Shown here: positions 8,102 to 24,012 of the stretch, piece after piece | How the letters are laid out: every line of letters begins with the position of its first letter | Position numbering within the stretch: the first letter of the stretch is position 1 | Sequence record: NC_004348.1 | DNA: 32,000 bases | Direction: 5' to 3' (one strand) | Origin: Salmonella phage ST64T | The notes under the pieces: model-generated | Database searches by the model: none | The model's input: the letters and a program-made list of their open reading frames with translations, nothing else | What the model was told of the DNA's origin: nothing | Position numbers and translations under genes: made by a program

Positions 8102-8175
8102 TGACCATCTACATCACTGAGCTAATAACAGGCCTGCTGGTAATCGCAGGTCTTTTTATTTGGGGGAGAGGGTAA
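8101..8175 (+). CDS. very small membrane peptide (24 aa, MTIYITELITGLLVIAGLFIWGRG)
   Basis: Hand-translated; ATG overlaps the gene 12 stop and its TAA abuts the next ATG. Confidence 0.55.
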   Translation: MTIYITELITGLLVIAGLFIWGRG

Positions 8176-8448
8176 ATGAAGGATTTATTAGTAACGCTAA
8201 ATGTCGGTTTAAGCCTTCTTGGTTACGCCTACATTATGTTCAAAACAGGCCAGTGGATTATTACAAATGCACTTAAGCAGTGGGATAAGCGTAGAAAAGT
8301 GTCAGCAAAGCAGAAGGCGGTTGATGCGCTATATGAAGCATACGAACTGGATAAGGTAAGCGAAGGAGATACTGTAAAAGTGGCGACAAAAGAAGGTCTG
8401 GTAATCATGATTTGCAGACATGAAAAGACTAACACCCCAGCACACTGA
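8176..8448 (+). CDS. hypothetical phage protein with N-terminal hydrophobic segment (90 aa)
   Basis: ORF track; translationally coupled arrangement. Confidence 0.65.
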   Translation: MKDLLVTLNVGLSLLGYAYIMFKTGQWIITNALKQWDKRRKVSAKQKAVDALYEAYELDKVSEGDTVKVATKEGLVIMICRHEKTNTPAH

Positions 8449-8460
8449 TGGAGAGGAATG

Positions 8461-8667
8461 ATGAGTACATTGGCTCAATTAATTAATGCCGACCTTGAAG
8501 AGTCAGGAGCACGGCATTATCGCTATTGGAAAGCTTCGGGACTTCCGACTAGAGAGCGATACAAGCGTAGGCCAAAACCAAAGAGCAGCCAGCGAGACAG
8601 GGTACTTAAGCGCCTAATGCAGATAAACATGTCGCAGTTTACTAATTTCACCTGGTTCAAGCGGTGA
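8461..8667 (+). CDS. small basic nin-region protein
   Basis: ORF track; GGAGAGGAATG start context. Confidence 0.65.
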   Translation: MSTLAQLINADLEESGARHYRYWKASGLPTRERYKRRPKPKSSQRDRVLKRLMQINMSQFTNFTWFKR

Positions 8668-8927
8668 TGGAGAGGAATATGGACGAATCAAGAAAGGCTT
8701 TCGAGCAATGGTTCCAGAGCAAATACAAATGCACTATGGAAACGATGAAGGTTATGCAAATCAAAGTCGAACTTGCTTGGGAGGCATGGCAGGCCAGCCG
8801 TGAAGCTATCGAGATAAAGCTCGATGACAAAGTAATGGTTGAGGATGAGTTCGACAAAGGCCACAACTGCGCAATCGACTATTGCGCTGATGTCATCCGC
8901 GCCGCCGGAATCAAAGTGAAGGAGTGA
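8664..8927 (+). CDS. hypothetical nin-region protein
   Basis: ORF track; overlaps its neighbours by 4 nt; true start may be 8679 (MDESRK). Confidence 0.65.
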   Translation: MMERNMDESRKAFEQWFQSKYKCTMETMKVMQIKVELAWEAWQASREAIEIKLDDKVMVEDEFDKGHNCAIDYCADVIRAAGIKVKE

Positions 8928-8929
8928 GT

Positions 8930-9226
8930 ATGAGCAAAGTATCAAGAGGAATGAAAATATCGCTTATTTTCATCCTTAATCCGCATCGTATCTTTTTGGC
9001 TTCAGCAGTATGGCTGTCAGATTTTGTTTATTGGTTAGCAGATAAATTGGATGATTTTGCGAGATGGCTTGAGAGTTTTGCGAATGCGAGGTTTTGGTTA
9101 TGGCCGCTTATCGGAGAGAGGATGTCTGACGAATTAAACCGGTATTACGCGGATAAGCGCAAGGAGAAGAGCAGGAGGGCAAGTGAAGCAATTATTCCTG
9201 CTTCGCAACGAAGCAATCAGAAATAA
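8930..9226 (+). CDS. hypothetical protein with hydrophobic N-terminus
   Basis: ORF track with start at MSKVSRGMK; preceded by GGAGTGAGT. Confidence 0.6.
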   Translation: MSKVSRGMKISLIFILNPHRIFLASAVWLSDFVYWLADKLDDFARWLESFANARFWLWPLIGERMSDELNRYYADKRKEKSRRASEAIIPASQRSNQK

Positions 9227-9629
9227 CGCCATAGACGCCATTCTCTCACTACTCATCGACGACAAGTCACCCCACGAAGTCCACGTTAAAGCACCCAAGC
9301 GAACCAAAGCACAGAACGACCGTATGTGGCCGATGCTTCATGATGTCTCCCGTCAGGTGCTTTGGCATGGTCAACGACTGTCTCCGGAAGACTGGAAAGA
9401 CATCTTCACTGCGCTGTGGCTCAAGACTAAAAAGCTGGAGCAAAGAAGCGTACCAGGTATTGATGGCGGTGTTGTTCTTCTTGGGGTACGTACCAGCAAG
9501 ATGAGGAAGGCGAGCATGACAGAACTTATCGAAATCATGTTCTGGTTCGGATCAGAACGTAACGTGCGATGGAGTGATGATTCCCGGAGAGAGTGCGAAT
9601 GGTCACAACTAACAGGGAGAGTTGCATGA
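9183..9629 (+). CDS. ninB: NinB recombination protein
   Basis: 148 aa '[41 protein letters not shown]' is typical NinB. Confidence 0.93.
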   Translation: MKQLFLLRNEAIRNNAIDAILSLLIDDKSPHEVHVKAPKRTKAQNDRMWPMLHDVSRQVLWHGQRLSPEDWKDIFTALWLKTKKLEQRSVPGIDGGVVLLGVRTSKMRKASMTELIEIMFWFGSERNVRWSDDSRRECEWSQLTGRVA

Positions 9630-9799
9630 AACGATGTTACCGATGCGGAGAAAGCAAAGACGATTATCGATTCCGGCCAAATCAACCTTATTGGCACCAA
9701 TGGTGTATCAGATGTGATCGGTCGCCAGTAGGTAATTTCCCGCTGCCAGAGACGAAGGAGGACGTATGGCACGACAGCGACGAAGTATCACCGACATAA
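9626..9799 (+). CDS. small Cys-rich (zinc-ribbon-like) nin-region protein
   Basis: [33 protein letters not shown]: two CxxC pairs; start overlaps the ninB stop. Confidence 0.7.
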   Translation: MKRCYRCGESKDDYRFRPNQPYWHQWCIRCDRSPVGNFPLPETKEDVWHDSDEVSPT

Positions 9800-9942
9800 T
9801 CTGCGAAAACTGCAAATACCTACCAACGAAACGCTCCAGAAATAAACCCAAGCCAATCCCCAAAGAATCTGACGTAAAAACCTTCAATTACACGGCTCAC
9901 CTGTGGGATATCCGGTGGCTTAGAGAACGTGCGAGGAAATGA
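9766..9942 (+). CDS. ninE: NinE protein (58 aa)
   Basis: Hand-translated [58 protein letters not shown]. Confidence 0.9.
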   Translation: MARQRRSITDIICENCKYLPTKRSRNKPKPIPKESDVKTFNYTAHLWDIRWLRERARK

Positions 9943-10286
9943 CAATGGATTATTCACAGTTAAGTGATTTTGAAATTAACCGAATGGTAGGAGACATAAT
10001 TTTTAAAGGCCTTTGGGCATGTAAGCCGGAAACGTCAGGGAATAACACCAACAAATGGTATTACGGAAACGCTGATACAACTTTTGAGCCATTAAACCAT
10101 TTACCTGACTACTGCAATGATCCGAGTGCCTCATGGCCGATTATTGAGAAACACAGGATTTCTATCTTAGACCAGTTAACTGAATGGTGTGTGGATGCAA
10201 AAGGCGTAAGCCCAATATTTGATACCAGACCTCTCCGCGCCGCCATGATTGTCTTTCTCATGATGCAGGACGCCAATAATGCTTAG
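9939..10286 (+). CDS. ninX: NinX-like protein (DUF2591 type)
   Basis: [18 protein letters not shown]...HRISILD... [14 protein letters not shown]; position between ninE and ninF. Confidence 0.75.
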   Translation: MTMDYSQLSDFEINRMVGDIIFKGLWACKPETSGNNTNKWYYGNADTTFEPLNHLPDYCNDPSASWPIIEKHRISILDQLTEWCVDAKGVSPIFDTRPLRAAMIVFLMMQDANNA

Positions 10287-10452
10287 CCCATCCCAATCCC
10301 TTCAATACCAGAAAGAAAGCGTTGAGCGGGCTTTAACGTGCGCTAACTGCGGTCAGAAGCTGCATGTGCTGGAAGTTCACGTGTGCTCCGATTGCTGCGC
10401 AGAGTTAATGGCAGACCCTAACGGACAAATGCTGGAGGAAGATGATGAGTGA
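10279..10452 (+). CDS. ninF: NinF protein (57 aa)
   Basis: Hand-translated [57 protein letters not shown]. Confidence 0.88.
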   Translation: MLSPSQSLQYQKESVERALTCANCGQKLHVLEVHVCSDCCAELMADPNGQMLEEDDE

Positions 10453-10747
10453 GTTACGCGCAGGTGGCATCGCAATAGTCATTTTTTCAGAAAACAAACC
10501 CGAAATTGGCAGATGCGTTGAGTTAATCGAAAAAGTAACAAACGGATATGTATTTAATTTTCCTGGTGCAGGTAAGCATGGGTGGCGTGATGATGCCCCT
10601 GGGTGGTTAGTTAAAGGCGATGTATCGATTTATACAAACAAGCCTTCAGGTGGTTTCTCTTATTTTTACAGTGATGAACTCATGCCAATCGACGGAGAAG
10701 ACTTCTCTCACGAAGATGAGCAACAGAAGGAGCTGGCAAATGGCTAA
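10445..10747 (+). CDS. hypothetical nin-region protein (100 aa)
   Basis: ORF track; overlaps the ninF stop and the next gene's start. Confidence 0.65.
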   Translation: MSELRAGGIAIVIFSENKPEIGRCVELIEKVTNGYVFNFPGAGKHGWRDDAPGWLVKGDVSIYTNKPSGGFSYFYSDELMPIDGEDFSHEDEQQKELANG

Positions 10748-11030
10748 TCTACGCAAAGAAGCGCGCGGCAGAGAATGCCAGGTACGTATTTATGGCGTAT
10801 GTAATGGCAATCCTGAAACTACAGTTCTGGCACATTACCGGATGGCTGGAATTTGCGGAACGGGGATGAAGCCTGACGACCTGATAGGTGCATGGGCTTG
10901 TAGCGCGTGTCACGATGAAATCGATCGACGAACCCATATTCTCGACAACAAAGACGCCAGACTTTACCACCTCGAAGGCGTGATCAGGACGCAGGCGATA
11001 CTGCTGAAGGAGGGGAAGATTAAGGCATGA
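10740..11030 (+). CDS. DUF1364-like protein (possible HNH/zinc nuclease fold)
   Basis: MANLRKEARGRECQVRIYGVCNGNPETTVLAHYRMAGICGTGMKPDDLIGAWACSACHDEIDRR; start reassigned inside the ORF. Confidence 0.8.
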   Translation: MANLRKEARGRECQVRIYGVCNGNPETTVLAHYRMAGICGTGMKPDDLIGAWACSACHDEIDRRTHILDNKDARLYHLEGVIRTQAILLKEGKIKA

Positions 11031-11422
11031 AAACATACCGAATAAAATTGCCGTGGCCTCCTTCAAACAACCGATATTGGCGACACTCAAGAGGGGTCCA
11101 CTACATCAGCGATTGGGGAAAGCGATACCGGCGAGAAGTAATCGAAATAATTCAGCAACAACAGCTAGACCTTAAAATCACACCCCGCATCAGAATCACC
11201 ATTCTCGCAGCACCTCCCGATAACCGCAAACGCGACCTGGACAATCTACCAAAAGCCGTTTTTGACGCACTCACTAGTGCGGGCTTCTGGCTGGATGACG
11301 GCCAGATAGACGATATGCGCATCAAGCGCTGTCAGGCGATTAAAGGCGGAATGCTTGTGCTGGTAGTGACTGAGACGTGCGGGAATTTGCCAATGATTAC
11401 GGAACTACTGGAGGCCGCATGA
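11027..11422 (+). CDS. rusA: RusA-family Holliday junction resolvase
   Basis: 'KLPWPPSNNRYWRH...DNRKRDLDNLPKAVFDALTSAGFWLDDGQIDDMRIKR' is the RusA signature. Confidence 0.95.
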   Translation: MKTYRIKLPWPPSNNRYWRHSRGVHYISDWGKRYRREVIEIIQQQQLDLKITPRIRITILAAPPDNRKRDLDNLPKAVFDALTSAGFWLDDGQIDDMRIKRCQAIKGGMLVLVVTETCGNLPMITELLEAA

Positions 11423-11622
11423 CACACACTGTCAAAACCATTCCAGATATGCTCATAGAGACATACGGAAACCAGACAGAAGTAGCCAGGCGATTGTCGT
11501 GCCATCGAAACACAGTCAGGCGCTATCTGTACGACAAAGAAGCTAGGTATCACGCCATCGTTAACGGCGTTTTAATGATTCATCAGGGCGGGAGAGGTAT
11601 CTATGACCGTAACCAGCATTAA
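11419..11622 (+). CDS. ninH: NinH protein
   Basis: MTHTVKTIPDMLIETYGNQTEVARRLSCHRNTVRRYLYDKEARYHAIVNGVLMIHQGGRGIYDRNQH. Confidence 0.9.
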   Translation: MTHTVKTIPDMLIETYGNQTEVARRLSCHRNTVRRYLYDKEARYHAIVNGVLMIHQGGRGIYDRNQH

Positions 11623-11782
11623 CCAGGCGAAACAGCAGCGTGAGCGTGACGAAGCCGAATTGCGCAGCGTCAGAGAGATGACGGAGCAACACCAGAAGGC
11701 AATGAATTATCTGCATGAGCGAGAGCGCGAACTGGTGAACCGGCTTGGATTGAACAAGCCAGCGGGAGGCGATGCTGCATGA
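11603..11782 (+). CDS. small phage protein (59 aa) between ninH and Q
   Basis: Hand-translated MTVTSINQAKQQRERDEAELRSVREMTEQHQKAMNYLHERERELVNRLGLNKPAGGDAA. Confidence 0.75.
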   Translation: MTVTSINQAKQQRERDEAELRSVREMTEQHQKAMNYLHERERELVNRLGLNKPAGGDAA

Positions 11783-12297
11783 GTATACGAGAATTGAACC
11801 TCACTAAAGAGCAGCATGACTGGCTTAATGGGTGGCTTGAGCTATGGGGGGCATGGGTTTATTCGGGTCGTCTGGAAAAGCGCATGAGCAGCGTAATAGC
11901 GAAGTTCATGGAGAGCGTAGAGCCGGGAAGAGTTATGACAAGACCAATGTGCAATGATGATGATGGAATGTTGATTTCTCAGGTCGTCGATTCCGTCATG
12001 TACATTGACAAGAAAGCCTTTGGCATCCTCCTCAGCTACTACGCTCATGGTTCATCCAAGCGAGCAATTGCATCCTACTATCACGCGACTGCAAAGCCAC
12101 GCAAGATGTGTGGACGGGGTGGCGATGGATGGAGAAAACCTTCACTGGCAACCTGTAGAAATGAAATTGACGACATCCTGAAAGCGTCATTATTTGTTTT
12201 ATACCAGCCAATGCAAAATGCTTTCAAAATGCGTAAACGTGTTGAGAAAGTTAAGCATGTTGCTGTTAAAAGTCTTGACATGCAATTATCCATTTAG
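11779..12297 (+). CDS. 23: late antiterminator Q (phage 21 / P22 gp23 type)
   Basis: 172 aa at the nin/late boundary; 'LTKEQHDWLNGWLELWGAWVYSGRLEKRMSSVIAKFMES' is typical of this Q class. Confidence 0.88.
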   Translation: MSIRELNLTKEQHDWLNGWLELWGAWVYSGRLEKRMSSVIAKFMESVEPGRVMTRPMCNDDDGMLISQVVDSVMYIDKKAFGILLSYYAHGSSKRAIASYYHATAKPRKMCGRGGDGWRKPSLATCRNEIDDILKASLFVLYQPMQNAFKMRKRVEKVKHVAVKSLDMQLSI

Positions 12298-12304
12298 CCA
12301 TAAT
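12275..12304 (+). promoter_or_regulatory. late promoter pR' (-35 TTGACA 12275-12280, -10 CATAAT 12299-12304)
   Basis: Perfect -35, 18-bp spacer, good -10, overlapping the end of Q. Confidence 0.85.
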
Positions 12305-12313
12305 TAGAGGGTA

Positions 12314-12359
12314 AGCTGCCGTTAGTGACTCTTAAGTTGCAACGGTGGCTTTTTTATTT
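12314..12359 (+). terminator. tR' intrinsic terminator
   Basis: AGCTGCCGTT-N17-AACGGTGGCT (10-bp stem with two G-U pairs) followed by TTTTTATTT. Confidence 0.85.
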
Positions 12360-12434
12360 GGGTCAGTCGTATAAAGGTCATTACGGAAGGCTGTTAACCT
12401 TCTTATCGTGGTTCGAGTCCACGCTGTCCCGCCA
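12360..12434 (+). tRNA. tRNA-Asn (anticodon GTT)
   Basis: Acceptor GGGTCAG/CTGTCCC (one T-T mismatch), D-arm GTA...TAC with GG, anticodon arm GAAGG-CTGTTAA-CCTTC, T-arm CGTGG-TTCGAGT-CCACG, encoded CCA. Confidence 0.85.
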
Positions 12435-12439
12435 AACAT

Positions 12440-12511
12440 GCTGGTTTAGCTCAATGGTTGGAGCGCCTTCCTAAGAAGGGAGTTGCGGTTCAGTTCCGTC
12501 AATCAGCACCA
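12440..12511 (+). tRNA. tRNA-like element, degenerate or non-canonical anticodon/variable region
   Basis: Acceptor GCTGGTT/AATCAGC, D-arm GCTC...GAGC, T-loop TTCAGTT and CCA are present. The anticodon arm/variable region (GCCTTCCTAAGAAGGGAGTT) does not fold canonically. Confidence 0.5.
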
Positions 12512-12574
12512 ACCAATCCCGCTGGCAGGGATTGCAGGCCGTAGAGTATACGTGCCTTACCCTCTTATCTTCTT

Positions 12575-12596
12575 GCCCACCTAGCCGTGGGCTTTT
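12575..12596 (+). terminator. terminator-like hairpin in the late leader
   Basis: GCCCAC-CTAGCC-GTGGGC followed by TTTT. Confidence 0.45.
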
Positions 12597-12696
12597 CATT
12601 CAGGCCGCCGACAATCACCCTCATAAGCCACGTAGCTATCATGTCGGACGGCCTTTCCCCACTACAAATACAGCACCCCGTTTCTTCGGAGGTGGT

Positions 12697-13014
12697 ATGG
12701 CAAAACGTATGAATGACGACCATAAAATTGTAGGCCTGTCCTGGCTAATTCTGCTTGGAATTGCCTGCTGGGGCGGCTTAGTTCGCTACCTGATTGACGT
12801 AAAGCAGAATAAAGCAACATGGAGTTGGATAAACGCTTTCGCACAGATCGCGGTATCTGGCTTTACCGGTCTGATTGGCGGGTTGATAAGCGTTGAGGGT
12901 GGGCTTAGTTTTCACATGATCCTGGTAACGTCGGGAATTAGCGGGGCAATGGGTTCCGTTGCTCTAACCTACTTCTGGGAGCGTCTTACAGGGATGAAAA
13001 ATGCAAACCAATAA
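12697..13014 (+). CDS. phage holin
   Basis: MAKRMNDDHKIVGLSWLILLGIACWGGLVRYL... with about three hydrophobic segments, directly upstream of the endolysin. GGAGGT Shine-Dalgarno just upstream of the start; start reassigned. Confidence 0.85.
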   Translation: MAKRMNDDHKIVGLSWLILLGIACWGGLVRYLIDVKQNKATWSWINAFAQIAVSGFTGLIGGLISVEGGLSFHMILVTSGISGAMGSVALTYFWERLTGMKNANQ

Positions 13015-13399
13015 GTTTAAATTTTCTCAGCGTAGCGAGAAGAACCTGAACGGAGTTAATCCTGACCTGGTCAAAGTGATCCGCCGAGCACTGGAAATTA
13101 CACCAGTAGACTTCATCGTTATCGAAGGGGTGAGAACACAAGCCAGGCAGAAAGATATGGTTGCTACTGGGAAGTCACAGACGATGAACAGCCGCCACCT
13201 GAGTGGTAATGCTGTCGACATCATCCCGGTTAACACTACCTGGAAGATTGAAGAGTTCAAGCCGTTGCTCAAGGCGGTTAAACAGGCAGCTGATGAACAG
13301 GGCATGAAACTACGATTCGGCATTAACTGGAAGCATGATCCGTCACTGCCCATTGAAACCAAATTCATCGATGCCCCCCACGTTGAGATACCCGCATGA
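13001..13399 (+). CDS. endolysin, M15 (VanY/L-alanyl-D-glutamate peptidase-like)
   Basis: 'VIEGVRTQARQKDMVATGKSQTMNSRHLSGNAVDIIP...HVEI' carries the M15 SRHxxGxAxD and HxE motifs. Confidence 0.9.
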   Translation: MQTNKFKFSQRSEKNLNGVNPDLVKVIRRALEITPVDFIVIEGVRTQARQKDMVATGKSQTMNSRHLSGNAVDIIPVNTTWKIEEFKPLLKAVKQAADEQGMKLRFGINWKHDPSLPIETKFIDAPHVEIPA

Positions 13400-13848
13400 A
13401 AATCAGCCTGAAGTCGCTGATTGTGCCAGTTGTAATGCTGTTGCTAACGGCAACGGCATACATCTATCACGGCAAATATCAGGATGAATTGGCGCGAGCG
13501 GAATCAGCCGAAAGCAACCTGGTGCTGGCCAATCTAACAATAGCTGACATGCAGAAGCGTCAACGTGACGTAGCGAAGCTCGATGCCAGATACACAAAGG
13601 AGCTTGCTGATGCTAACGCGACTATCGAAAGTCTCCGTGCTGATGTTTCTGCTGGTCGTAAGCGCCTGCAAGTCGCCGCCACCTGTGCAAAGTCAACGAC
13701 CGGAGCCGGCGGCATGGTCGATGGAGAAAGCCCAAGACTTACAGCAAATGCTGAACTCAATTATTACCGTCTCCGAAGTGGAATCGACAGGATAACCGCG
13801 CAGGTTAACTACCTGCAGGAGTATGTCAGGACTCAGTGCCTGAAATGA
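13396..13848 (+). CDS. Rz: Rz inner-membrane spanin
   Basis: N-terminal TM segment plus coiled-coil periplasmic region; position after the endolysin. Confidence 0.9.
   Translation: MKISLKSLIVPVVMLLLTATAYIYHGKYQDELARAESAESNLVLANLTIADMQKRQRDVAKLDARYTKELADANATIESLRADVSAGRKRLQVAATCAKSTTGAGGMVDGESPRLTANAELNYYRLRSGIDRITAQVNYLQEYVRTQCLK
13610..13795 (+). CDS. Rz1: Rz1 outer-membrane spanin lipoprotein nested in Rz
   Basis: Alternate frame; signal peptide with lipobox 'LVVSAC' and a Pro-rich segment KSPPPVQSQRPEP. Confidence 0.85.
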   Translation: MLTRLSKVSVLMFLLVVSACKSPPPVQSQRPEPAAWSMEKAQDLQQMLNSIITVSEVESTG

Positions 13849-14143
13849 TTCGTCAACCAAAGCGGAAGCAAAAGCGAAGTAGCCATTACAAAGCCCATCT
13901 ACGGGTGGGCTTGATAATGAAACCGGAGTTAATTTCTGGTCACCAATTAACGGCAGTACCACGTAGCAACCCAAGCCAGTAAGTGGGGAAATAACACTGG
14001 CAGCCACTGAAAGATGAACCTCCTGCCTTATGGCAAAAAAGATTCTTTGTGGTGGCGGACTGATGGAAAGACATCGGTTATTGCAGGGGCTATTCAATGA
14101 GTGGTCTCGACAATGGCTTATCCCAACAACCGGAGCCAACACA

Positions 14144-14386
14144 ATGGCAGAGATTACAGCATTGACAGAATTACAGCAGATGAACCTCGATATCCTCCGT
14201 TTAGTTCAAAGCGATACCGCAGCAGCAGAGAAAGCGATCGCATTCGTTGCTGGAAGTAAGCTGAACTTCGAACTGTTCAAAGACCAACTGGTTTTGGCGC
14301 AGGGTGAAGGAACGGCATTAGCTCGCGCAGAAAAGGCTATTCGTGAGGCAAAAGAAGCGTTAGACCTGTTCACTGCCGGAGCATAA
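14144..14386 (+). CDS. hypothetical late protein (80 aa)
   Basis: ORF track with start at MAEITALTEL, GGAG Shine-Dalgarno upstream. Confidence 0.65.
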   Translation: MAEITALTELQQMNLDILRLVQSDTAAAEKAIAFVAGSKLNFELFKDQLVLAQGEGTALARAEKAIREAKEALDLFTAGA

Positions 14387-14389
14387 CGA

Positions 14390-14779
14390 ATGGCAAAGAC
14401 GAAGTGGCCTAAACTTCCCCGGTTCTTCGTGCCATTGTTCCATAGCGCCAATGTCTACCTGTGTCGTTCAAAGGAAGAGTGGGATCAGGCTTGCATTCAT
14501 CTTGGAGTTGGTAGCGGCGGGAATGAGATGCTGGCGGGGGCAACACAGTCATATTGCAATACCGAAACAGGCGAGAATCTTTACCTGCTTGGTGTATTCA
14601 ATGGTGAGGCGGCCACATTGGTTCATGAATGCGCTCACGTTGCATTTTATGTCTGCCGAGATGTTGGTGTAACCACTTATCCTGGCGACGCAAACGAAAC
14701 CTACTGCTACATGCTTGACAGAATGTTCAGTCACTTCCTGCCGTTCTTTCATGAACCAGAAAAAGAAGGAGCCAAGTAA
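14390..14779 (+). CDS. predicted HExxH metallopeptidase-like protein
   Basis: 129 aa with 'ATLVHECAHVAF' (HExxH context). Confidence 0.75.
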   Translation: MAKTKWPKLPRFFVPLFHSANVYLCRSKEEWDQACIHLGVGSGGNEMLAGATQSYCNTETGENLYLLGVFNGEAATLVHECAHVAFYVCRDVGVTTYPGDANETYCYMLDRMFSHFLPFFHEPEKEGAK

Positions 14780-15183
14780 TGGCAAACCCAAACTTCACGC
14801 CATCATGGCCTCTATACAAAGATGCTGACGGTGTATATGTGTCTGCGCTTCCGATTAAAGCTATCAAATACGCTAATGACGGAAGTGCAAACGCAGAATT
14901 CGACGGCCCGTATGCTGACCAGTACATGTCAGCGCAAACAGTAGCCGTATTCAAGCCGGAGGTTGGCGGATATCTGTTCCGGAGCCAGTACGGCGAGCTG
15001 CTCTATATGAGCAAGACAGCATTTGAAGCTAACTACACTTCTGCAAGCGGTTCAGTAGCTAATGCAGAGACGGCGGATAAGTTATCTACTGCCCGCACTA
15101 TCACACTAACCGGAGCGGTCACAGGTTCAGCGTCCTTTGATGGTTCGGCTAACGTGACTATCGAAACAACATCAGGAAGTTAA
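14779..15183 (+). CDS. hypothetical protein with tail-fibre-like C-terminal motif
   Basis: 'ETADKLSTARTITLTGAVTGSASFDGSANVTIET' motif, usually seen in phage tail fibres; overlaps the upstream gene by 1 nt. Confidence 0.75.
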   Translation: MANPNFTPSWPLYKDADGVYVSALPIKAIKYANDGSANAEFDGPYADQYMSAQTVAVFKPEVGGYLFRSQYGELLYMSKTAFEANYTSASGSVANAETADKLSTARTITLTGAVTGSASFDGSANVTIETTSGS

Positions 15184-15186
15184 CTT

Positions 15187-15652
15187 ATGGCAGCACCAAA
15201 GGGCAACCGATTCTGGGAGGCCCGCAGTAGCCATGGGCGTAACCCGAAATTCGAGTCGCCTGAGGCGCTGTGGGCTGCTTGTTGTGAATACTTCGAGTGG
15301 GTGGAGGCTAACCCACTATGGGAGATGAAGGCTTTCTCATATCAAGGAGAAGTTACACAAGAGCCTATTGCCAAGATGAGGGCGATGACCATCACTGGGC
15401 TAACGCTATTCCTCGATGTGACGCTTGAGACATGGCGACAATACAGGGTGAGAGAAGACTTATCTGAGGTCGTTACGCGAGCAGAGCAAATCATCTACGA
15501 CCAGAAATTCTCCGGCGCAGCCGCTGATCTTCTCAACGCTAACATCATCGCCCGCGATTTGGGCCTCAAAGAGCAGTCGCAATTTGAAGACGTGACACCT
15601 GATAAGGGAGATCGCGATAAGCGCCGCTCTCGTATCAAGGAGCTATTCAACC

Positions 15653-15675
<23 letters not shown>
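15187..15675 (+). CDS. 3: terminase small subunit (P22 gp3)
   Basis: [50 protein letters not shown]; P22 gp3-like throughout. Confidence 0.96.
15454..15475 (+). promoter_or_regulatory. candidate P22-type pac site
   Basis: GAAGACTTATCTGAGGTCGTTA inside gene 3, close to the remembered P22 pac core GAAGATTTATCTGAAGTCGTTA. Confidence 0.7.
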
Positions 15676-21546
<5,871 letters not shown>

Positions 21547-21586
21547 CTAACAGGGGCTTCGGCCCCTTTCTTATTTGAGGTGACAT

Positions 21587-24009
<2,423 letters not shown>

Positions 24010-24012
24010 CAT

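Noticed and set aside
13693-14142. 149-aa minus ORF across Rz and the downstream gap
   Set aside because: It overlaps Rz/Rz1 antisense, has low-complexity mixed composition, and no leftward transcription is expected in the late region.
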